The notes beneath the pieces are model-generated. The model was not told where the DNA came from. It did not search any database and saw nothing but the letters and a program-made list of their open reading frames with translations. The position numbers were made by a program, and so were the translations under genes. Shown piece after piece: positions 49,981-60,127 of a stretch of DNA of 64,000 nt. Where the stretch lies: positions 32,728,146 to 32,792,145 of the forward strand of contig NC_068998.1 in NCBI RefSeq assembly GCF_001194135.2, in the 5' to 3' direction. This DNA comes from Octopus bimaculoides (Eukaryota). Each line of letters opens with the position of its first letter. The first letter of the stretch is position 1.

Positions 49981-51444
49981 ACAAACTTTCATAAAGATTT
50001 AACAAAAACTAACCTGTATAAAATGTGCATAACCAGAATTTCAACCTGTGGGTCTTAATTATTGAAATATATCCACCAATAGCAGACTAATTTATGACAA
50101 AAATTACATTTTAGATTTCATATATATATAAATATATTCATATATGCTTGTGTTTTCTTCAGTTTGGGATTTGTATTTTAATGTGGTTCTGTATCATATT
50201 TGTAACATATACATATGTGTTATATATGTAATTATTAAATTCAAAATCTCAGTCTTCATGGTCTATTTATGCAAAACATCAATTATAAGCCAAAAACTTG
50301 GCTTGATCTGTAAGAAAAACAAAATTATGATAATTTATTTATAGCCAAAGACTTCCACTTGCATCGATCAGGGCACTCCACTTACCTGTATTGTTGTTTT
50401 TGTGAGTTCCCTAAATCTTCTACAAGGAGTTTCTGTATTTTATTGGGCAAGTGAGGGGGCTATGTTTTCTGAAAAACTGAAATATAATATTTTATTAAGG
50501 TTCTTTTTTATGTTATTGAAAATGTGATCCCATTTGCTTCTGGAATCATACATTATCTGGATATTCTTTGAGTAATATTGTATAAGCATTTGATTAAAAT
50601 TTTGTTATTCTTGTGAATTATTGTGAATATCATTTCATTTAAATAGGAAATTTTATTTAACTTCACCTCACAGTACATGAGCTCTCCAAAAGTTATAGGC
50701 TCTTCATCAGTGAAGAGAATTTTTTCTTCACAGGTGTACTCCACCTCACATTTTAAAAGCCATTTTTATTTTTTCTTCTGTTTTTCATATATACATTTGG
50801 AGTAGCATGTCTAGGCTTACTGCTATTGTGTATATCCATTATTACTATTTTTACACCTGTCCACTCAGTCAGTTGAAATTCTATGTTAAATGAGTTTTTT
50901 ATTGTTCGTTGGTACTATTAATAATTTGTGTTACTGAAAAATAATAGTCATATACTGTTTGTTTTCGTGAATGTAAAGAACATTACATTGTATGTTTTCA
51001 GGTTTCTTAGGGGCTGACAAAAAATATTCATGAACATTTTTGGAAGAAATAAATTTTGCTCTAAAATAAAACACAAACTTTATTTTTCTTTTGTCAGACT
51101 CTTTGGGGGAGGGGGGGAGAAATCAATCCTTTGGAGAATTTTTAGCAAAGAAGTATATTTTGGTAAAACAACTTGTAAATGACATCTAATAATAACGCTC
51201 AATACCAGAGATTTTCTTGTCAGTTGTTTGATCTTCATGTACATTGTTTTGTCTTGGTATAAAAGATGGGCTACAGAAAATATTCTGCTCAATACCACAG
51301 ATTTACATGTCAGATGTTTGACCTTAACCAGTTGAGTATGTCCCTTAGTGGCTGATAATATGTGCATCATTGATCATGTGCAGAAGAAGTGGGGGAGCAT
51401 CTCAGTCATGTGTTGAAGGGAATTCTTTTGGGTTTGGATAATTC

Positions 51445-51605
51445 ACCCATCCTTATGTTCTGAGTTCAAATTCTGTCATGGTCAACTTTGCCTTTCATCT
51501 TTTTGGGGTCGATGAAATAAGTACCAATTGCACACTGGGGCTGATGTGATCTAATTACCCCATCCCCACAAATTTCAGGCCTTGTGCCTGTAGTAGAAAG
51601 GATTT
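51445..51605 (+). mobile_element. SINE family B
   Basis: gttctgagttcaaattc..ggccttgtgcctgtagtagaaaggatt. Confidence 0.85.
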
Positions 51606-51929
51606 TTTTTTTTCTTGAGAGCAGTGCATGCCATCAAAGTGACACTGGGGTAAAATATATGAAGCCCATTATACCCATCATGACCAACCGTCTGATAAGG
51701 GTACACCAGGCACATGCATCACAACCATATGTGCACGACATGGTAATCTCATATCAAGGTTAACAGCACATGACCTTGCAGGTGTGGCCAGTTAGAATTT
51801 TCTCCAGGATGAGCAGCCCATCTCACTCAAAAGGTTCCTGAATAAAGGTTGTTTAAGGATGTTGAATGAAACACCCATGTTTCCAGAGGTGAATTATCCA
51901 AACCCCAAAGAATTCTATCTACTGATAGA

Positions 51930-52242
51930 AAGATCTCTGCAAAGGAACTTGAAAAACTGTTGAAACATAAGGACCTTGATATTGAGATATGTAGGACGTG
52001 GCAACTAAAAACCAAAACTATCCCTGTTGTTGTAGGTGCCCTGGGAACGATAAAGAAAGGTATTGACAAATTTTTGACCAGATTCCTGGGAAACCAACAA
52101 TCTACGAGACTCAAAAAATTGTGTTGACATCAACTGCCCACATTTTTAGGATGTTTCTCTCCATCTAATATATATGTGTGTTAGGTCTGTCTGAGACCTG
52201 GTCAGAAGATGAAATAAAATGCAATTCAATCAGAAAATGATG

Positions 52243-52286
<44 letters not shown>
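51930..52286 (+). mobile_element. R4/Dong LINE 3' end with a long (AAT)n tail
   Basis: KHKDLDIEICRTWQLKTKTIPVVVGALGTIKKG..QKIVLTSTAHI, then the 3'UTR and (AAT)n. Confidence 0.85.
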
Positions 52287-52485
52287 CCTTTCTACTAAGG
52301 GCACAAGACCTGAAATATTGACTAGTCGATTACATTGACTCCAGTGTCTCACTGGTACTTAATTTATTGACCCCGAAAGGATGAAAGGCAAAGCCGACAT
52401 TGGTGGAGTTTGAACTCAAAATGTAAAGATGGATGAAATGCTGCTAAGCATTTTGATTGGTATGCTAACCATTCTGCCAGTTCGA
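52287..52485 (-). mobile_element. SINE family B
   Basis: cctttctactaagggcacaagacc..ttctgccagttcg. Confidence 0.85.
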
Positions 52486-52929
52486 TATGAGAGTAATGGA
52501 TCTTGATGTGCAAATAATGAGGTTACCCTTAATCATAACGACCTTCAGGTCATCTTTGGGCAAGTAGTTGTACCTGTAAGCCCACTCCAACAATATGAAA
52601 TACTAGATTGGCATCTAGCTGGATAAAGTCTGTTTCATGGAGTGTGAGTGCCTCTTTAGCCCTGATCAGCAACATCTCTAGAGATGGTATCTTAATAAAA
52701 TCACTGGAAACACCGGTGGTTGTGTCACCTTATCACCACAACCCTCACCTTGAGTGAAAATGTCAAATACAAATGTATTATATGATGACGTGAATGAGGT
52801 CGGAACCAATAACAATGAAAGTCTCTTGCCTGGTAGGTAGTCTACTGTCCAGTAGGGTAAGCTCAGTCATCATCTAGCTACTGTAGTAGGAAAGAAAAGA
52901 AGAAAGATTGACTGGAACAGACTGAATGC

Positions 52930-53185
52930 AACAAATTGGACAGAATGAGAGGTAATTTCAGTTGTTATAGGTCCCTTAGGTACCATCACCAACAGATTTA
53001 GCAATCCCTTATTGAAATTGGTGTAACTATGAGAGTTGCATGATTTCAGAAATCTACTTTATTGGAAACAGTAAAGAATGTAAGAAAGGTCCTCGGTGTC
53101 AAAGGAAACTGGTTGTGACCCACTAGCAAGGACATTGATTCCAAATGTAAAACATTCATGCACACTATGAATAATAATAATAATA
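52930..53185 (+). mobile_element. R4/Dong LINE 3' end (different subfamily)
   Basis: VISVVIGPLGTI..FQKSTLLETV..RKVL, then (AAT)n. Confidence 0.65.
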
Positions 53186-53374
53186 ACCTAGCAAGTGGGG
53201 CCTCATATCAGTGAAATGAGGGTGGGGTTGGTGTGCATTGATGCCATTGAGAGGTAGGCCCCAAAATGGCATGCATTCTCTCCTAATGACTCCATACACT
53301 TGCTGGCTTCCAGTATGTGGAACCTTCAACTGGTAGCACTTGTATGTGCAAGTTGTTTGCAAAACATATAATGA

Positions 53375-53578
53375 TGATAATAATGTTTTCAAATATGGGC
53401 ACAAGGCCGCAAATTCAGAGAAGGGTAAGTTGATTACATTGACCCCAATGATTAACTGCTACTCTTTTTATTGACCCAGAAGGGCATGAAAGGTAAAGTC
53501 TACCTTAGCAGAACTTGAACTCAGAAAGTAAAGCTGAACAAATGCCGCTAAGCTAACGGCTTTGCTAGCTTGCCACCT
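53375..53578 (-). mobile_element. SINE family B
   Basis: gggcacaaggcc..gaacttgaactcagaaagtaaag..ctagcttgccacc. Confidence 0.8.
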
Positions 53579-53627
53579 TAATAATAATAATAGTGATATA
53601 AGGCCTGGCTTTTATAATAATAATAAT

Positions 53628-54235
53628 AAAGGCCAGACATTATACCGAAGGATTTCAAACAAATAGCATACCTCCTCATTGATATGATTGTCCCAATCGA
53701 CATAAATGTATCTGTCAAGATTTACCAAAAACTGAGCAAGTATAAAGATCTTGAAATAGAAATTGATAAAATGTGGAACCTCAAGACTAAAACAATACCT
53801 GTTGTCATAGATGCCCTAGGAATGATAGCAAAAGGGGCTGAATGCTACCTAGCTCTGGTACCAGAAAATCCAAAAATAGTGCTCATGGGAACTGCCCGCA
53901 TCTTATGTAAAATATTGTCTATGTAATTCCCAAAATAATTTAATCCGTAAACAGTGTCAAAATACTTTTAAATGTACATAACAATAAACACCTTTTATTG
54001 TCATCTTAACATCAGACTATCAAATAACTTTTAAAACAAACTTCTAATTTACTTATGTTTTGACAAACATTCTATAGAACAATACTCTGTGCAAAACTAA
54101 ATATATGGCACCCTAGTGATAACACCAATCTGCTCTTCTAACTTGTTGTCTCTTGAGGTCTCTGGGTGAGACTTGGAGTCAACTTATACAAATACAAAGC
54201 AAAAACCAAACATATAACAACAACTGCAACAATGA
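53628..54235 (+). mobile_element. 5'-truncated R4/Dong LINE (RLE domain plus 3'UTR)
   Basis: Begins right after (AAT)n with RPDII..LLIDMIVPID.NVSVKIYQKLSKYKDLEIEI..GTARIL. Confidence 0.85.
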
Positions 54236-54244
54236 AAATGATAA

Positions 54245-54400
54245 TCCATTCTACTATTGGCACAAGGCCTGACATTTGAGGGTCAGAGGCTAGTTGATTA
54301 CATTGATTGCAGTGCTCAGCTGGTACTTATTTCATCAACCTCAAATGGGTGAAAGGCAAAGTTAACCTTGGTGAAATTTGAACTCAAAAAGTAAAATCAG
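54245..54400 (-). mobile_element. SINE family B, head-truncated
   Basis: ccattctactattggcacaaggcc..atttgaactcaaaaagtaaa; breaks off at the start of the repeat at 54401. Confidence 0.8.
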
Positions 54401-54855
54401 ACACAGAATGTGCATCGTTAGCCAACCGGAGGAGATGTCTTGATTCCATATGTTATGATTTCGTATCGCTACTGTTTACATCTTGCTCAAAGATTTAATA
54501 TAGCTTTTATCTCCTTTTTCGAGATCAGCAATGATTCATCGCTGGAAAAAGCATAAAGTATTTTGTGAGTGGGGTGAGTTTTCATCACTAGCTGATGATT
54601 AACACATGCTGAGGATGGGTAACCACCCAGAAACTTGAGTCCGTGTGTATGCTGTAAGGCTAGGGGTGGGAGCAATGACCTCCCCTCACAAATACTAATT
54701 GAACACAGAATGTGCGTCATTAGCCAGCTGGAGGAGATGTCTTCCTGGGGCTATAAATATCAGCAGCACTGTCCTGTATAGGACACCACACTTGGTTGGC
54801 AATTGTATGTTACTATTCCGTATCGCTACTGTTTGCATCATGCTCAGAGTTTTAG

Positions 54856-54858
<3 letters not shown>
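54401..54858 (+). mobile_element. Partial tandem repeat (~300-bp period) carrying a hammerhead ribozyme: retrozyme or Penelope pseudo-LTR
   Basis: acacagaatgtgc..ggaggagatgtctt..cgtatcgctactgttt occurs at 54401 and again at 54703; ends at (TA)n. Confidence 0.65.
54602..54648 (+). ncRNA. Type I hammerhead ribozyme
   Basis: ACACATG CTGAGGA TGGGT aacc ACCCA GAAAC ttga GTC|CGTGTGT: CUGANGA and GAAA cores, 7-bp stem I, 5-bp stem II, short stem III and GUC triplet. Predicted cut after 54641. Confidence 0.85.
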
Positions 54859-54886
<28 letters not shown>

Positions 54887-55789
54887 TTCATGTTACAATG
54901 AAGTAGAGAAATTTGAAAAGACAACACGAAACCGGTTATTTCTCCAAAATACAATGTTTATATACCAAAAAAAATTTTATAACATTTTTCTGACATAATT
55001 TAAATATATACTTTAACCATGTAACACAAGCCTTCTGTAGTTTTTTCACTCTTATTATCTTTTATATATATATATATATAATGTTGTTTCAATACATTAA
55101 AGAATTGTGTGATAATGCATAGATAAAGGATTGAGTCTATCAAATAATTAGGATTTAGATTACTGATACTGTTAATTACAATATGTTAGATTTGGGTCTT
55201 CTCCAGCTGCAAGATAATTCATTTCACCATTGTATTGTACAACGTCCAGCTGACTGTTTGTTTTATACAATCTGTACTTGGTATCTGTCAACCTTGTCAA
55301 AATCCTGTCTGTAAATGACAAGAAACCATCTCACTGTGCATAGCAATAACAATAGAACTCATGTATTGTCAACTTATTTCAAACACAGGTTTGTCACTCT
55401 TCAAACTGCTGAAAATTGGGTGTATCTAACTTCAAAATATTTGTCATTTACTGAATGAAAACACTTAATTACAACCATTAAATTAGTGTTATTTATAATG
55501 AATTGGATATAATTTCCTTTTAATGTCTAATAATTATTATTTATAGTTTTAGCCTTGATTGGTACTGCATATCATTCCTACTAAGAACGCACTTCTCTTA
55601 TATGTATGTATGCATGTATGTAAGTATATATGCATGTACACATATTTGTATATAAGCATGGTTATCATTGCAGATACGGATCTTATTACATGCTACTTGT
55701 ATATTTTACATATGAGAGTTGAATCAAAAGTAAAGCAGAAGTAGGCTGAACTTTATTAATTAACAGAAATCATTGAAATTGCATCTGAT

Positions 55790-56290
55790 TGTAAACTAAC
55801 TTTTCTTATACAAATATGAGCTCCATAGCTTCCTTGACAAATGATGCATTTGCACCACTGTTGAATTCAACACCCAAATCCTCTTTGAAGAGCAGATTTT
55901 TGTCTTTATCTTCTTCAAAAAGTGTGTCAACTACTGAGGTAACGACTTTGTATACATGTCCAAACACCTGAAGTCTTCTACTATCTCCTGTAATGTTTTG
56001 TGGTCACAATCCAATTGTGCAGTAAGCTCACGGAGTGTTATTTATCTGTCATGCAAATCAATTAATTCACTGCCTAGTGGTTCATGCCAATAGTTGAAGT
56101 TAATAGTTTCTCACTAAATGGTTTGTCTTTAATGTCATTTTCCCCTACTTAAAAATTCTTCATCCATCTGTACATATTGTCCTTGTCAATGATGTCATTT
56201 CCATAAACAATTTGTATCCTTCTATAGATATCAGCCTGCAGCACTTCTTTGTCTAGAATGGTGGCATCTTTCTTCTGCTCAGAATCTATT
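55790..56290 (-). mobile_element. Old mariner transposase N-terminal remnant
   Basis: Minus frames give ..IQIVYGNDIIDKDNMYRW and TLRELTAQLDC, resembling the mariner double-HTH region. Confidence 0.55.
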
Positions 56291-56852
56291 ATTTTTTATG
56301 ATGCTGTTTCATCTAGAGACTACAGGATCATAAAAACTACTTCCCTAACATCACATGGAACTTCCTAGATAAACTCTCTGTTTACTCACCTGGAATTTGT
56401 AAATGCCAATTCTGCCTCTGTGAAATATTACTCATACTCCACCAGCCTGCAGTATCTCCATCGATAAGAAAACTCATCTATCTTGTTACCAGAGTTACAC
56501 CATATCAATCAACTTCAAGCCATTGATCTCTGGATATACCACACAGGACCTAGCTGGCCCATACAACTGCATGTAATATAATTCAGTGTTTACAAATAAC
56601 ACAGAAAAAATAGATAAACAGTTGCCATGGTAGCAAAAATTCATACAAGTAACAAGGATGTAACAACCTATTTATAAAGATAGAAACTCCAGGGTAAGGT
56701 GAAATGTTTTGTATAATACTTCTTTCTTCCCCTGATGAGAAGATTGCATTGTTTTATACCATGTTATTCCTTCTGGAATAATACCAATGTTGTCTTTGAA
56801 ACATATGTCGGAAGTAAAAGAATTCGAATAACACCTGCGTTTAACTCCATTT

Positions 56853-56905
<53 letters not shown>

Positions 56906-56994
56906 CATATATGGCTGTGTGGTAAGAAGCTTGCTTCCCAACTACATGGTTTTGGGTTCAGTAAAACAAAACAAAAAAAAAAGATGAAAAAACT

Positions 56995-57233
56995 AATAAA
57001 CATAGAAAGTGGAAAGATTAAACATCTTATTGAATCTGATAATATTTTTATAATAAATCATACCATGCCTATTGAAGAGGCTAAAAATCAGCAATGTGCT
57101 GAAGTATTGAATCAGAAGGATCTAACCCTTTTAATTCAATCTCTTGTTGCTACATAATCTCAATATTTTAGTGGGGAGATAACCCAATTTTTTAATGGCA
57201 ATTTTTAATGGGGTAAGATAACCAAAATGTACC
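56995..57233 (-). mobile_element. Second Merlin copy: TIR joined to the transposase C-terminus
   Basis: Reverse complement matches the TIR start at 42604 (ggtacattttggttatc) and 43175-43320 (gcaacaagagattg..gggttagatcctt..gattcaatacttca). Confidence 0.75.
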
Positions 57234-57260
57234 AAAAATTATATGTATAAATACATATTA

Positions 57261-57900
57261 CTGGTGGTATCAAAACGTACCTGGACTAGTTATGTTTAAT
57301 AAAAACTAACCTTATTTACCTTATTTACCTAAGTTTTAACATCATCTCCTTTGGAATAGTCACCTTGCGCAGCAAATCTCTGGTCCTAGTATTCCTGCTA
57401 ATTTTGGAAATCGTTTTCCGTAAGCAAGTCAACGACCTTCTGTGATTCACTATGGATCTCAACAACGGTGTTAGAATGGTGACTTATGAGTTGCATTTTC
57501 ATAATGGGAAAGAGGTGGAAGTCTAAAAGTACTAAATCTGGTGAAAAGGATCGGTGCAGAAGCGATACCATGTTTTTGGCAAGAAACTCATGAGTGAGGA
57601 GACATCGGTGGAAAATCTAATTCTTTGCACTTCACAGATCTAGTTCTTTTGCTGAATGTCCTACTTCACTGAAGCTTCCATCTCCTCTTGGCTGATGAAG
57701 TGTCATGAGCTGATCAAAACCTTGTGAATGGATTTCCCAAGGTGCCAAACAGTGGACTGAATCTGTAATCATATGGATGAGAAGCAACACTAAATAAACC
57801 AGTGGAAAATCCATGGTAGAGGAAAACATGTATGGACACTTTTGCCAAAAATTCAATGTTGCCAGCGACATTTCATATATAACATAAGCTTGCAAAGAGC
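57261..57900 (-). mobile_element. Mariner-family remnant (transposase C-terminus plus one TIR)
   Basis: EFLAKNMV..SPDL..DFHLFPIMK..QGDYSKGD; TA-flanked TIR-like ctggtggtatcaaaacgtacctggact at 57261. Confidence 0.7.
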
Positions 57901-58223
57901 ATGAAATTTTCAGCCGTCACAACTTGTATAGTACACTCTCCAAATATAATATGATAATTTTAAACATAATTTGAAGCCTACAGATTTTGACTTCTAGTAT
58001 TGAAATCATTTCTATGATATTTAATATCATTTTAAGTGAACATGAAAATACTAATAAAGATTTCAGTTGATTATTTGAATATTTATTTTCTTCAAATCTC
58101 TTTTAGGCTGGTATGTTATACAGAGTTCTCTGCAGGAATAACGTTATAAGTCAACTAACTTGAAAATGTGTACTAAAATGTACAGACTATTAACTGTACT
58201 TTTGAAATATTTACATTAAAATA

Positions 58224-59503
58224 TCAGGCTGAGTAAAAAGTAAGCAACGTCTTGAAACAATCACAATATATTTCAACAATACGGAAATTTTATTCCTCAA
58301 AGTAAGTACCATTACAATCAACATATTTTTGCCAAAGAGTTCCAAGTTTCTTTATGTTCCAAGTAACATAAAAATCTTGAGTTCTGGAGCTGATGAATTC
58401 TTTGAATGCACTTTCAGCATCAGTTTGATTTTTGAACTCCTTCTCTCACAGGAAACCATCAAGATGCTTGAAAAAGTAGTAGTCGGTAGGAGAAAGGTCT
58501 GAGGAATAGGCTGGGGTGCCTGGAAGAACTTCGTAGCCAAGTTTCCTCAACTTCTGGAGCATCATTAGTGAAATGTGTGGTTGAGCATTGTCATGAAGAA
58601 TGACTGGCCTCTTCTGTTGACTAGGCTGGGATGGAAGAGTAGTAGTTTTTCATTCATTTTGGAAATTTCATGGAAATATGTTTCTGCAGTAATGGTTTTT
58701 CCAGGTTTTAAGAAGTTATAGTGGATGAGTCCAGCAGTACACCACCAAACAGTCACCATAACCTTCTTTTTGAATAGCTTGGGTTTACGGAAGGTTTCCA
58801 GTGCTTCATTTTGGTCAAACCACTGTGAAGGATGTTTTTTATTATTATACAGAATCCACTATTCATCACAAGTTACAATACGGTTGAGAAATGCAGTGGT
58901 CTGGTTACGAAGAAGTGATGAGCAAATTTCATATTCACGCATTTTCTGATTTTCATTCAAATCATGTGGTACCAATATGTTGAGCTCTTTTGATTTCCTG
59001 ATCACATGCAAATGGTTGCAGTCAGTTTTCTGGCTAACTTGAAGTTCTTTTGTCAGTTCTTGAGTGGCTTTATGTAGATCTTTCTCAATGATGGTCTTTA
59101 ATTGATCGTCATCAACGACAGACTGGCGTCCACTATGCTCATGATCTTCAAGTCTCAGGTCTCCACTGTGAAATCGTTTAAACCATTTTCAAGCTGACCA
59201 CTCACCAATCACTTCCTCACCAAACGTTTCGTTGATATTGCGAGCCATTTCAGCTGCTTTATGTCCATTTGTGAAGTTGAATAGCAAAATTGCTTGAATA
59301 TCATGCTTTGACAGTTCAATTCCAGATGAGTGTAACAACAATGAAAAAAATATCAAAGTTAATTTATTGATGCATTTGGGTAAGTCTATGCCTGTATTAT
59401 CAGACAATTGCAAAAAAATGTTTATAGAAAATTCAAAACTCTGCAAAAACCCAGTATAAATTCTTCATGATTCAAAATGTTGCTTACTTTTTACTCAACC
59501 TAA
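58224..59503 (-). mobile_element. Complete mariner (DD34D) element, 1280 bp
   Basis: 33-bp TIRs with 4 mismatches (tcaggctgagtaaaaagtaagcaacgtcttgaa / ttcaaaatgttgcttactttttactcaacctaa) and TA on both sides. Confidence 0.9.
58290..59321 (-). pseudogene. Mariner transposase pseudogene (Mos1/Hsmar1-like)
   Basis: GHKAAEMARNINETFG, SGR..VDDDQL, RIVTCDE, KKVMVTVWW, LHDNA, YSSDLSPTDY; contains stops and frameshifts. Confidence 0.9.
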
Positions 59504-60127
59504 TATAATAGGAAAATAACATATACATTTGAATATAGCAATATGGAAACAACTTATTCAATTAATACCATTCCTTCCAAAATTATAATCTGTTTTAGAA
59601 TACAAGGTACATAAATTAAATAGGTCTGATATTTATTTTCTTCATTTATAACTAACCTTTAAATTAAAATTCACATGGCAACATAACTAATATAAACAAC
59701 TAATTCAAATGATTTTCAATAATAATTTTAAAGTATTCTGTACACATTCTTCATGTCATTTATTTTCATATCTTTGATACTTTATTGCATTTGTTTATAA
59801 ACAAACTTATGCTTTTTGAGTTAACATTTTATTTAAATGAAGTAATAATGTCCCTTTCATAAAAATATAAAAATTTGCCAATTATAATGTTTCTTCTTTT
59901 AAATTAAATTTCCAGAATGTAACACAAAAGGCAGTTACATAGGTATTATTGTTTCCACAAGAGCAGGCATGAAATTTGCTTAGTGGTTGCAGACCCAGGT
60001 CCAAAATCCTTTGCTAACAAGGTCAATTCTTTCAATCTTTATATCAAAACAAACACAGGTATAATTCATTTTATTGTTATTTTTCTGAAAGCTGTGGCCA
60101 TGCTGGGACATCGCCGTTTTACTACAC

